64,000 nucleotides of DNA from Anaerolineae bacterium (GCA_035347995.1 DAOPQD010000001.1:46012-110011), one strand, 5' to 3'; shown: positions 54,563 through 63,290, numbered from the stretch's first letter. Translations and numbers: made by a program. The notes: a model not told the origin generated them from the sequence alone.

Positions 54563-55026
54563 GGTGCGCTCGCCGGCTCTTTTTCGAGGATGAGGGTGAC
54601 CGGCCCGTCGTTGACGAGCTCGACTTCCATGTGAGCGCCGAAGATGCCGGTTTCCACGGGCAATTGCAGCTCGCGCAGCGCCTCCCGCAGGGCCGCGCAG
54701 TATTGCGTGACCAGAGGTTCGGCGATTTCCGGCGGCGCGGCCTGGGTGAAGGAAGGACGAAAGCCGCGACGAATGTCTCCGTGCAGGGTGAATTGGGAGA
54801 TCACCAACACGCCGCCCTGGATGTCCTGTACCGACAGATTCATCTTCCCCTCAGCATCGGAAAAAATGCGCAGGTTGGCGGTCTTGTGCGCCAGCCAGCG
54901 AGCCTCCTTTTCCGTATCCCCTGCGGCGATGCCGAGCAGGACCAGCAATCCCGGCCCGATGGCGCCGACGCGGTGGCCTTCCACGGTGACCGAAGCGCGA
55001 GTGACCCGTTGAATGACGGCACGCAT
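54559..55026 (-). CDS. dtd: D-aminoacyl-tRNA deacylase
   Basis: The start is taken at MRAVIQRV (55026); the track ORF extends to 55095 in-frame upstream. Conserved Dtd motifs are present: SQFTL and NDGPVTLIL. About 155 aa. Confidence 0.85.
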   Translation of the reverse strand: MRAVIQRVTRASVTVEGHRVGAIGPGLLVLLGIAAGDTEKEARWLAHKTANLRIFSDAEGKMNLSVQDIQGGVLVISQFTLHGDIRRGFRPSFTQAAPPEIAEPLVTQYCAALREALRELQLPVETGIFGAHMEVELVNDGPVTLILEKEPASAP

Positions 55027-55028
55027 CG

Positions 55029-55409
55029 TTATCTCCCGGCGGCGACGACTGAGGCGATGGCCTGTCCCCCGTCGTGGGTGAGGCTCACGGCCCATTCGGT
55101 GAGCTGTTGTGAGCGGGCCAACGTTTCGGCATAGCCATTCAAGACGATGATGGGGCGTCCGCTGGGGGTGTTGAGGATTTCGACTTCATGCCAGCGGATG
55201 CCTACCGGCGACAACAATCTCAAGCCCACTCCTAGCGTCTTGGCGACGGCTTCTTTGGCCGCGAAGTGCGCGGCCACCTCTGCCGGTTCCCGCCGAAGGT
55301 GCAGCAGCTCCCTGGGGGTGAAGATGCGCTCCAGAAACCGTTCGCCGTGCCGTTCGAGGACGCGCGCCATCCGGCGAATTTCGACGACGTCAATGCCATT
55401 GGCCAACAT
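55029..55409 (-). CDS. acpS: Holo-[acyl-carrier-protein] synthase (4'-phosphopantetheinyl transferase)
   Basis: 126 aa beginning [17 protein letters not shown] (AcpS pattern GiDiveixR) and containing FTPRE...[12 protein letters not shown]. The track ORF is extended upstream in-frame (55817) with no homology, which I rejected. Confidence 0.8.
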   Translation of the reverse strand: MLANGIDVVEIRRMARVLERHGERFLERIFTPRELLHLRREPAEVAAHFAAKEAVAKTLGVGLRLLSPVGIRWHEVEILNTPSGRPIIVLNGYAETLARSQQLTEWAVSLTHDGGQAIASVVAAGR

Positions 55410-55422
55410 TTGCCCCTCGACT

Positions 55423-56703
55423 TCAGGCCTGCGGCGGCCCCGAGACACCCAGCGCGAAGGCGGCGGGATTGAGCCAGCGCTGTGCGACGCTTTGGATGTC
55501 CGCTGCGGTGATCGCGGAAATGCGTTCTTCGTAGCGCAGCAGATAATCCAATCCCAACTCGAAGCGCTCGATGTGGGTGAGGTTGCCGGCGACGCCCTCG
55601 TTCGTCTCCAGGCGCAGCGGCAGGCTGCCGATGAGGTAGGCCTGGTTGTCCGCGAGTTCAGCGGCAGGGACGGGTTCCTCGTGCAGGCGCTGGACTTCGT
55701 CCAGGATGAGGGCGATGGCTTTCTCGACCTGGGCGGGATGCACGCCGGCGCGGGCCTGCCAGGGCCCCGGGCCGATAGCGCTCTCGAGGCTGCTGTAGAC
55801 GTAGTAGGCGAGGCCATTTTGCGAACGCACTTGCTCGCCGAGCCGTCCCATCATCCCAAAGATGCCCAGGACGGTGTTGGCGAGCTGGCACGCGAGGAAA
55901 TCCGGCGAGCGTCGCGCCGGTCCGGGCCAGCCGAGCACCAGGTCGGTCTGCGTTTTTTCCGGCAAGGGGACGTATTGCTCGCGGCGCGTGGTAAGCGGCG
56001 GCACTGCGGGCAGCGGCGGGCGCGGGGGACGGGCGCCTTCCCAATCCCCAAAGGCATTTTGAACGGCGGTGAGAGCGGCCTCTACCTTGACGGCGCCGAC
56101 GATGGTGATGACCATCCCCTGTGGCTTGATGCAGCGTTCGTGGAAGCTGCGCAAGTCGTCGCGGCGCAGGCGTCTCACACTGTCCAGGGTGCCGCTGACC
56201 TGGCGGTGGTAGGGATGCGCAGCGGGATAGGCGAGTTCGTGAAAGGCGCGGGAGGCGCGGGCGCGGGTGTCGAATTCTTGCTCACGCAGGGCGCTGAGCA
56301 GCTCGGCGCGCGCGCGTTCGACTTGCTCTGGCGCGAAGGTGGGATTTCGCATCACGTCGCTGCAGATGTCCAGCAGCAGCGGCAGCTGCTCCGTCAGCCC
56401 CTTGGCACCGAAGGCGGTGCTGTGCACACCGGCAGAAAAGCCGAAGGTCGCACCGACGGACTCCACTTCCTCATACAGCTGCTCGAAGGGACGGCGACGG
56501 GTGCCGCGCTCCATGACGTCCACGGCCAGACTGGCGAGGCCTTCCTGGTCTTGGGGGTCGTCTTCCGCTCCGGCGAGCAGATAGCCGTCAAGGACCACGG
56601 ACGGGCTGGCAAAGTTCTCGCGGGCCAGGACGGTGATGCCGTTGGGCAGAGTCTGCCGCAGCACATCGGCGGGGCCGGGTAACGCAACCTTGTTTCGGCG
56701 CAT
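55423..56703 (-). CDS. M16-family peptidase homolog lacking the HxxEH zinc motif (likely non-catalytic partner subunit)
   Basis: The start is taken at MRRNKVALPG (56703) with RBS AAGGAGA. There is an M16 fold pattern (N-terminal LPNGITVLARENF..), but no HxxEH is found in the N-domain. Confidence 0.7.
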   Translation of the reverse strand: MRRNKVALPGPADVLRQTLPNGITVLARENFASPSVVLDGYLLAGAEDDPQDQEGLASLAVDVMERGTRRRPFEQLYEEVESVGATFGFSAGVHSTAFGAKGLTEQLPLLLDICSDVMRNPTFAPEQVERARAELLSALREQEFDTRARASRAFHELAYPAAHPYHRQVSGTLDSVRRLRRDDLRSFHERCIKPQGMVITIVGAVKVEAALTAVQNAFGDWEGARPPRPPLPAVPPLTTRREQYVPLPEKTQTDLVLGWPGPARRSPDFLACQLANTVLGIFGMMGRLGEQVRSQNGLAYYVYSSLESAIGPGPWQARAGVHPAQVEKAIALILDEVQRLHEEPVPAAELADNQAYLIGSLPLRLETNEGVAGNLTHIERFELGLDYLLRYEERISAITAADIQSVAQRWLNPAAFALGVSGPPQA

Positions 56704-56730
56704 ACAATCTCCTTCGAATTTTTTCTCCCC

Positions 56731-56759
56731 CTCCCCGACGGCGCATCGCCGTCGGGGAG
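56731..56759. repeat. 13-bp perfect-stem hairpin in the intergenic region between the two M16 peptidase genes
   Basis: ctccccgacggcg-cat-cgccgtcggggag is flanked by G/C-rich runs and lies ~25 nt upstream of the downstream M16 gene RBS. It is a candidate mRNA processing/stability element, or a REP-like element. Confidence 0.5.
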
Positions 56760-56870
56760 GGGGCAGGGGGTGGGGCAAAAGCTACAGATTACAAAGGTTC
56801 AGCCATCGCCGTCTGGCTACCTGGCGCCAGGCTGAACAGTTACAAAAATATAGAAACCGTGCCTACGGGT

Positions 56871-56905
56871 CCCCGTTCGCACGTTCCCCCGTTCGCACGT
56901 TTGCG
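56871..56905. repeat. 8-bp-period tandem repeats (AACGTGCG/AACGGGGG type) just downstream of the catalytic M16 gene stop
   Basis: ccccgttcgcacgttcccccgttcgcacgtttgcg. In gene (minus) orientation this reads cgcaaacgtgcgaacgggggaacgtgcgaacgggg, the same family as the repeats at 5753-5785, 23817-23865 and 62350-62379. Confidence 0.65.
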
Positions 56906-56927
56906 CGTTACTTTGCGTCCCCGGCGG

Positions 56928-58217
56928 TCAATCTTGGGTGAGGTAGTGCCCCACGGTCATGTTTTGGGGGCGCAGGTAGGCATCGGCGACGCGCAGGACA
57001 TCCTCGGCCGTGACCGCTTCCAGCCGCTCAAGGTAGTGCAGGAACCAGCTCGTGTCGGCGAAAATCTCGCTGAATCCCAGCCAGAAAGCCTGATTGGTGA
57101 TGCTTTCGCTGGAGAACGCGAAAAGCGCCCGCGCCTGGCGGATGGCTTTGGCCAGCTCTTCGGCGGTGATGGGTTCATGGCGGAGGAGCTCCAGTTCGGC
57201 GCGGAGGGCGTCTTCGACTTCCGTGGACGAGTGGCCGGGGAGAACCGTGGCGCTGATGCGGTACAGGCCGGGGTCCACGGTGGGAATCAGGCTGGCGTTG
57301 ACATCTGCAGCGAGCTCGCGGGCCACGACGGCGCGATAGAGCCGGCTGGTGTAGTTGGTGAGGCTGCCGCTTCCAACCAGCGAGCCGGCGCCGCCTGCCA
57401 GGACCGTGCTCAAGACCGTGAGCGCGTGCAGATCGGGATGGGTGGCTGGCGGCGTGTGAAAGGCCAGGGTCAGGTAATCTGTGCCGGCGTTCCCTTCGAC
57501 GATCACCCGGCGTTCCCCGTGCTGCGGCGGTTCCTGCGCGGTGACGTGCGGCAGAGGTTCCCGCGGCGGGATTTTGTCGAAGGCCCTTTCGGTCATGCGC
57601 AGCATTTCCCCCGCATTGAAGTCTCCAGCGGCGGCGAGGATGGCGTTGTTGGGGGTGTAGTAGGTGCGGTAGTGCGCGTAGAGGTCGTCGCGGGTCAGCG
57701 TTTGCAGATCGCACAGGTGCCCGATCGTGTCGTGGCCGTAGGGGTGAACCCGAAAGGCGGCTGCCGTCAGCTCTTCGTCCAGCAGGAAGGTGGGATCGTT
57801 TTCGTTGCCCTGGCGCTCGCTGATGACGACCGTGCGCTCAGCGGCGACCTCGTCGGCGTCGAAGAGGGCGTTGGTCATGCGGTCGGCTTCGATGTCGAGG
57901 GCGAGGTAGGCCTTGGCCGAAGGCAGCGTCTCAAAGTAAGTGGTGAAGTCATACCAGGTCATGCCGTTGAGATAGCCGCCTTCCCGCGCGATGGCCTGAT
58001 CGAGCTTTTGCCGGGGCCAACTGGCGGTCCCCTTGAACAGCATGTGTTCCACCCAGTGGGAGATGCCGGTGATTCCCAGGTGTTCGTTGCGGCTGCCGAC
58101 GCGATACCAGATCCAGACACTGGTCACCGGCGCACTGTGCGTTTCGCGCAGCACGACCGTCAGACCGTTTCCCAGCGTGGTTTTGAGCAAATTCACGGAT
58201 GCCTCCCAGAGGCGCAC
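56928..58217 (-). CDS. M16-family zinc metallopeptidase (catalytic subunit, HxxEH present)
   Basis: The inverted zincin motif HWVEH lies in GISHWVEHMLFKGT, with downstream Glu-containing regions. The M16 N/C-domain organisation is present; 429 aa. Confidence 0.8.
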   Translation of the reverse strand: MRLWEASVNLLKTTLGNGLTVVLRETHSAPVTSVWIWYRVGSRNEHLGITGISHWVEHMLFKGTASWPRQKLDQAIAREGGYLNGMTWYDFTTYFETLPSAKAYLALDIEADRMTNALFDADEVAAERTVVISERQGNENDPTFLLDEELTAAAFRVHPYGHDTIGHLCDLQTLTRDDLYAHYRTYYTPNNAILAAAGDFNAGEMLRMTERAFDKIPPREPLPHVTAQEPPQHGERRVIVEGNAGTDYLTLAFHTPPATHPDLHALTVLSTVLAGGAGSLVGSGSLTNYTSRLYRAVVARELAADVNASLIPTVDPGLYRISATVLPGHSSTEVEDALRAELELLRHEPITAEELAKAIRQARALFAFSSESITNQAFWLGFSEIFADTSWFLHYLERLEAVTAEDVLRVADAYLRPQNMTVGHYLTQD

Positions 58218-58253
58218 GAGCGCCGGATGGCTGGCCGGCGCCAGAAAGGGTTT

Positions 58254-59585
58254 TTAGCAGGCGCTTTCGCTCACGCCTTCGCCGTTGTAACCGCGTCCGA
58301 TGCCCCGGTAGATGAACCCCAGGGCCGCCATCGTCTGCGGGTCATAGATATTGCGTCCATCAATGAACACCGGCGCGCGCAGCACGGTTTTGATCCGCGC
58401 CAGGTCCAGGTGTTTGAACTCATTCCATTCGGTAACGAGGATGAGCGCGTCGGCACCCTCGGCGAGCGTGTAAGGATCGGGCATCATTTCCACGTCAGGG
58501 AGAAGAGCGCTGGCGCCGGGCATGGCAACGGGATCGTAGGCGCGGACTCTCGCCCCGGCGCGCAGGAGGCTGTGCACGATGTCTATCGAGGGGGCGTCGC
58601 GCATGTCATCCGTGTTGGGCTTGAAGGCGAGCCCCAGCAGGCCGACGACTTTGCCCTTCAGGTCTTCGGGGAAAATCTCGCGGAGCTTGCGGACCGGCGC
58701 CTGACGTTGATCGGCGTTGATGTCCATCACGGCATGGAGCAGATGGGGATGGCGTCCCTCGGTTTCGGCCATGTACGCCAGCGCTTTGACGTCCTTGGGG
58801 AAGCAGGAACCGCCCCAGCCGATGCCCGCATCGAGGAAGAAGCGCCCGATGCGCTTGTCGAGGCCCATGCCGGCGGCGACTTCCTTCACGTCGGCACCCA
58901 GGGCCTCGCAGATATTGGCAATCTCGTTGATGAACGAGATCTTGGTCGCCAGGAAAGCGTTGGAGGCGTATTTGATCATCTCCGCCGTGCGCAGGTCGGT
59001 GATCATGATGGCGGAGCGCAGCGGCAGATGCAGCTGCGCCACTTTGGCGGCGGCGTCCTTGTGGGTGGAGCCCAGCACGGTGCGGTCGGGATTCATGAAA
59101 TCGCTGATGGCGCTGCCTTCCCGCAGGAATTCCGGGCAGGAGACGACGGCGAATTCGGGCGCGTCGGGGCGACGATTGCGGATGATTTCGGCGACCCAAT
59201 CGCCCGTGCCGACGGGAACGGTGGATTTGTTGACGATGATCAGCGGATGGTCCATCACATCGGCGATGGATTCGGTGGCCATGCGCACATAGCGCAGATC
59301 GGCCTGCCCGTCTACATCCGAGGGGGTGCCGACGGCGATGAAGACGAATTCCGCCTCCTGAATCGCTTCGGCATACGACGTGGTGAAGGACAGCCGTCCC
59401 GCTTTGACATTGCGCTCAACCAGCTCCTCAAGCCCGGGCTCGTAGATGGGCAAGATGTTCTGTTTGAGGTTGGCGATACGTTCCGTGTTGATATCGAGGC
59501 AGATGACGCGGTTGCCCAGGTCAGCAAAACAGGCCCCGCTGACCAATCCCACGTAGCCGACGCCAATTACGGCAATGTTTTTCAT
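58254..59585 (-). CDS. ugd: UDP-glucose 6-dehydrogenase / nucleotide-sugar dehydrogenase family
   Basis: The N-terminal Rossmann motif is [24 protein letters not shown]. The catalytic Cys region is GGSCFPKDV, and a C-terminal UDP-binding domain is present. RBS AAAGGAG. Confidence 0.85.
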   Translation of the reverse strand: MKNIAVIGVGYVGLVSGACFADLGNRVICLDINTERIANLKQNILPIYEPGLEELVERNVKAGRLSFTTSYAEAIQEAEFVFIAVGTPSDVDGQADLRYVRMATESIADVMDHPLIIVNKSTVPVGTGDWVAEIIRNRRPDAPEFAVVSCPEFLREGSAISDFMNPDRTVLGSTHKDAAAKVAQLHLPLRSAIMITDLRTAEMIKYASNAFLATKISFINEIANICEALGADVKEVAAGMGLDKRIGRFFLDAGIGWGGSCFPKDVKALAYMAETEGRHPHLLHAVMDINADQRQAPVRKLREIFPEDLKGKVVGLLGLAFKPNTDDMRDAPSIDIVHSLLRAGARVRAYDPVAMPGASALLPDVEMMPDPYTLAEGADALILVTEWNEFKHLDLARIKTVLRAPVFIDGRNIYDPQTMAALGFIYRGIGRGYNGEGVSESAC

Positions 59586-59630
59586 GCATGAACTCCTTTA
59601 CCTGTTGGGATACGAATGAAGATGATACCA

Positions 59631-59668
59631 CGAATCAGCGAATCGGCGAGTAAGCGAATAAGCGAATC
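59631..59668. repeat. 8-bp-period tandem repeats of GCGAAT(N2) type in the ugd upstream region
   Basis: cgaatcagcgaatcggcgagtaagcgaataagcgaatc. In gene orientation this reads gattcgct|tattcgct|tactcgcc|gattcgct|gattcg, about 45 nt upstream of the ugd ATG. Confidence 0.65.
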
Positions 59669-59683
59669 TGTGGAGTATTGCCC

Positions 59684-60505
59684 TCACAGGAACAAGATCA
59701 GCGCGCTCATTCCTGCGGCGATGAGGAGGGCGACGGCGTCGCCGGCGCGAAAGTGTAACTCGGTCATCGAGGTGCGCCCCTTGCCGCTGTGATAGCCCCG
59801 CGCTTCCATCGCCAGCGCCAGCGCCTCGGCCCGTTGCAGGCTGTTGAGGAAGAGCGGCACGAGTAACGGCAGGGTCTGACGTACCCGTTGCAGGATGCTG
59901 GTCTTGCCCGTGCCCCATTCCGCGCCGCGAGAGGCCTGCGCCTTGGCGATGCGTTCAGCCTCCAGCGCCAGGAGCGGCAGAAAACGCAAGGTTACCTGCG
60001 CCATGAGGACGAGGTCCTGCGTGGGCAGGCCGAGGGTGGTGAAGGGCCGCAACAACGTCTCGAGGCCGTGGACGAACTCCGAGGTGGAGATGATGGCCGA
60101 TGTGAGGCTGATGAGCAAAATCAAGGCGATGAAACGCGCGATGATGATGACGCCCGCCAGTACGTCTTGCGCCGAGACTTGCAGGGGTCCCAGGCTTACC
60201 AGCGCGGGGACATCGGCGGCCTGCGGCCCGATCAACATCTGCAACACGGCGAGGAATAAGATGAAGGGCAGTGGCGCGAGCAATCCGCGCAGGGCGTAGT
60301 TCAGCGGGACGCGGGCGAACAGCAGCGCCGCCAACGCGATCCCCAGGGCCAGGCCCAGCCCCTGGAGGTGCCGCGCGGCAGTGATGGCGATCAGCAGGCA
60401 GGCCCCGCTCAACAATCGCGTGCGCGGGTCGAGCCGGTGCAGCGGCGAGCCTGTCGCCAGGTATTGGCCGATGGTGACGTAACGCTGAAACTCGAAGTCA
60501 GGCAC
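59684..60505 (-). CDS. ecfT: Energy-coupling factor transporter transmembrane (T) component
   Basis: CbiQ/EcfT family pattern: the N-terminus YVTIGQYLATGSPLHRLDPRTRLL, about 5 TM helices, and the conserved C-terminal arginine-containing coupling helices (ARxxxG-like: AMEARGYHSG). Confidence 0.85.
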   Translation of the reverse strand: MPDFEFQRYVTIGQYLATGSPLHRLDPRTRLLSGACLLIAITAARHLQGLGLALGIALAALLFARVPLNYALRGLLAPLPFILFLAVLQMLIGPQAADVPALVSLGPLQVSAQDVLAGVIIIARFIALILLISLTSAIISTSEFVHGLETLLRPFTTLGLPTQDLVLMAQVTLRFLPLLALEAERIAKAQASRGAEWGTGKTSILQRVRQTLPLLVPLFLNSLQRAEALALAMEARGYHSGKGRTSMTELHFRAGDAVALLIAAGMSALILFL

Positions 60506-62219
60506 GAGGGATGAGCTCCTCCAATTGAGCTGCGAGAGCTTCCGCGGTCAGCACGCCGGGCGAGAGGGGCCAGCCGCGCGCGCGCAGCGCGCTGGCAATT
60601 TCCGCAACGGCGGGCAGACCCAGCCCCAGCGTGCGCAACTGTCCTTCATGGGAAAAGACCTCCACCGCTGGGCCGCTCAGGAGGCTGCGGCCGTCTTCCA
60701 TCACCGTCAGCGTCTCCGCCAGCCGCGCCAGGTCTTCCATGCGATGGGAGGAAGTCACCAACGTCATGCCGGCGCCGCGGAATGTCTGCAGATGCGTCAG
60801 CAGCTCGCGCCGGGAGAGGGGGTCGAGCCCGGCGGTCGGCTCGTCGAGCAGCAAAATGGCGGGCTGAAGCGCGAGAACCGCGGCCAGGGCCACTTTGCGG
60901 CGTTCCCCGCCGCTCAGCGCGAAGGTCAGACGATCCTTGAAGGCGTTAAAGTCGAGGCCGACCAGCTCCATGGCCCACCGCACGCGCTCGCGCAGAGCCT
61001 GGCCCTCCAGCCCCTGCAGCCGCGGCCCGAAGGCAATTTCATCCCCGACGTACTGTTCGAAGATTTGCAGCTCCGGCATCTGGAATGCCAGCCCGGCGGT
61101 GCGACGGACGGCCCGCAGGTCCAGGCGCGGGTCGTTGAGGTCGAATTCGCCGATGCGCACGCGGCCTTCCTGCGGACGCAGCAAGCCGTTAAGATGCTGC
61201 AGCAGCGTGGATTTTCCTGAGCCTGTCGCGCCGAGTAAGCCATGCGCTCCATGGTCGGGGATGCTCAGGGTCACATTGCGCAGCGCGCGGTGTTCGAGGG
61301 GCGTGCCCTTGAGGTAGACGTGGCCTAGTGCCTCGACCTCGATCAGCTCGGGGCCGACGACGTGCGGTTCTGGCGGGGGCGGGGGCGGCGCCGGCGTCGC
61401 GGTGACCCGATGCGGCAGCGCATCGAGGGCGCTGGTCAGCGCGGGGGCGGTGAGCAGATTCGGCGGCAGGGCCGGGAAACTCTGGCGCAGGCGACGGCTC
61501 AGCAGCGCGATGGGGGGCAGTTCCAGGCTGAGTGTGTGCAGCGTGTCCTCGTCGGCGAAGACCTCTGACGGTGGGCCATCGAGAGCCACGCGGCCGCGAT
61601 CCATCACGATCACGCGCCCGGCATCGGTGGCCTCGTCCATGAAGTGTGTGATGGTGATGACAGTGACGCCTTCCGCGTGCAGCTGCGCCATCATCAGCCG
61701 GACGGTGCGCCGCCCGGCGGGGTCGAGCATCGCAGTGGCCTCGTCGAAGACGATGCAGCGCGGTTGCACGGCGAGCACACCGGCTAACGCCGCGCGCTGC
61801 ATCTGTCCTGCCGAGAGGTGATGGGGCGGGCGCAGGCGCACTTCCCAGAGACCGACCGTCTCCAGAGCCTGGCGCACTCGCGCGCGGATTTCATCGGGCG
61901 GCAAGCCCATGTTTTCGGGGCCGAAGGCGACATCTTCCTCGATAGTCGCGGCGATGATCTGATCATCGGGGCGTTGGAAGACCATGCCTACCGTCTGACG
62001 GATGGCGAGACGATGCGTGCGCTCGCGGGTGTCCATCCCGGCGATGGCAACTGTCCCGGCGGTGGGGATTAGCAGGGCGTTGAGGTGGCGCGCGAGCGTG
62101 GACTTGCCGGAGCCGTTCGCCCCAACGATGGCGACATATTCGCCGGCTTCGATGCGAAGCGTGACGCCGTCGAGCGCGGGAGGTGTGTTGGGGTCAGGCG
62201 CGGCGTAAGTAAAACGCAC
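60498..62219 (-). CDS. ecfA: Fused duplicated ECF transporter ATPase (EcfA1-EcfA2 fusion, two ABC nucleotide-binding domains)
   Basis: Two Walker A motifs (GANGSGKSTL and GATGSGKSTL), two ABC signatures (LSAGQMQRAAL and LSGGERRKVAL) and two Walker B motifs (IVFDEATAMLD and LLLDEPTAGLD). It overlaps ecfT by 8 nt. Confidence 0.85.
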   Translation of the reverse strand: MRFTYAAPDPNTPPALDGVTLRIEAGEYVAIVGANGSGKSTLARHLNALLIPTAGTVAIAGMDTRERTHRLAIRQTVGMVFQRPDDQIIAATIEEDVAFGPENMGLPPDEIRARVRQALETVGLWEVRLRPPHHLSAGQMQRAALAGVLAVQPRCIVFDEATAMLDPAGRRTVRLMMAQLHAEGVTVITITHFMDEATDAGRVIVMDRGRVALDGPPSEVFADEDTLHTLSLELPPIALLSRRLRQSFPALPPNLLTAPALTSALDALPHRVTATPAPPPPPPEPHVVGPELIEVEALGHVYLKGTPLEHRALRNVTLSIPDHGAHGLLGATGSGKSTLLQHLNGLLRPQEGRVRIGEFDLNDPRLDLRAVRRTAGLAFQMPELQIFEQYVGDEIAFGPRLQGLEGQALRERVRWAMELVGLDFNAFKDRLTFALSGGERRKVALAAVLALQPAILLLDEPTAGLDPLSRRELLTHLQTFRGAGMTLVTSSHRMEDLARLAETLTVMEDGRSLLSGPAVEVFSHEGQLRTLGLGLPAVAEIASALRARGWPLSPGVLTAEALAAQLEELIPRA

Positions 62220-62349
62220 GTCATGAAATTCGATGAGCGCCGTCGTGCACCTCCTGCTCTCTGAAATGGATCGGCCTTGCAGGCCGCATTATAACCTTGG
62301 TGAGGGGGAGTGTCAAAGCGGCGCTTCGCGGTATAATAGCCGTGGCAAA

Positions 62350-62379
62350 GACGTGGGGACGTGCGAACGTGGGCACGTG
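62350..62379. repeat. 8-bp-period tandem repeats ACGTG(G/C)G type between the -10 element and the RBS of the ECF S-component gene
   Basis: gacgtggg|gacgtgcg|aacgtggg|cacgtg. It is preceded by TATAAT (62332-62337) and followed by the RBS GAAGGAGGAGG. Confidence 0.65.
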
Positions 62380-62406
62380 TTTATTTTTGAAGGAGGAGGT
62401 ATTCAA

Positions 62407-62964
62407 ATGCAGGAGTCGCGTACGCGGAAAGTTGTGATTGCCGGGGTCCTGGGGGCGATAGCCGCTTTTCTCGGTTGGACACATTGGGGTTTCATCCCCT
62501 GGTTTAGCGGCGCTTCGCTGACGATCATGCACGTGCCGGTCATCATCGGCGCGGTGTTGGAAGGGCCGGTGGTGGGCACCGCTGTGGGCCTGATTTTTGG
62601 CTTGTTCAGCATGTTGCAGGCGGCGATCGCGCCCTCGGGGCCGACCGACGTGTGGTTCACCAATCCGGTGCTTGCGGTGTTGCCCCGGCTCTTTATCGGC
62701 CCGGTGGCGTGGCTGGTGTGGCGCGCGTTGCAGCGCTGGCCGGCCGCCGGCCTGATCGGCGCAGGGATCGCCGGGAGCCTCACGAACACGGTGCTGGTCC
62801 TGGGCGTCATTGGCCTGTTGGGATACGTGCCCTGGGCGGCGTTGCCCCCGATCGTCCTGGCGAACGGCCTGCCGGAGGCGGCGGCTGCGGCGGTCATTAC
62901 CCTGGTTGTGGTGGCCGCGTGGCGCCGCATTGAAATCGGCAGGCGTAAAGGCGCCAATCTCTAG
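62407..62964 (+). CDS. ECF transporter substrate-specific (S) component, putatively pantothenate (PanT-like) given the adjacency to coaX
   Basis: The start is taken at MQESRT (62407) with RBS GGAGGAGG; the track ORF begins at an upstream in-frame codon at 62233. It is a small hydrophobic protein with about 6 TM helices. Substrate assignment is by gene context only. Confidence 0.6.
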   Translation: MQESRTRKVVIAGVLGAIAAFLGWTHWGFIPWFSGASLTIMHVPVIIGAVLEGPVVGTAVGLIFGLFSMLQAAIAPSGPTDVWFTNPVLAVLPRLFIGPVAWLVWRALQRWPAAGLIGAGIAGSLTNTVLVLGVIGLLGYVPWAALPPIVLANGLPEAAAAAVITLVVVAAWRRIEIGRRKGANL

Positions 62965-63020
62965 CACAAAAAATGTGGATTGTGAGCCGTGAATCGTAAG
63001 CGGAGATTGCAACGGCTCGC

Positions 63021-63075
63021 CAGTTCGGCTGGGGACGGAATTCCTGGCCTGGCAGGAGTCAACCGCGCTGCTGAA
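63021..63075. repeat. REP-like mosaic element copy (modules X and Y)
   Basis: agttcggctggggacggaattcctggcctggcaggagtcaaccgcgctgctgaag shares agttcggctgggga...cctg.caggag.caaccgcgctg with the copy at ~49785. Confidence 0.6.
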
Positions 63076-63240
63076 GTTTAAAAAATAATCCGGTAATAAA
63101 CGGGATTTTCCCCATTCCCCCCCCGGCCTCCCTCCACCGGGGGAAGGGGGGGAGAAAAAATAAAGGTTTTTTGCAGGCGGGCGCCGCCCGCCTGCAAAAT
63201 CCCACAAAAAAGTTCCCCTTTCCCCCGCGTGCGCGGGGGG

Positions 63241-63290
63241 AAGCCAACCGCGCTGAAGCGCGCTGTTTAGGGAGCTCGCTTCAGCGAACT
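63241..63290. repeat. REP-like element copy (module Y) with additional hairpin
   Basis: gccaaccgcgctgaagcgcgctgtttagggagctcgcttcagcg contains the module Y core ccaaccgcgctgaagcgcg plus an inverted repeat cgctgaagcg / cgcttcagcg. Confidence 0.6.
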
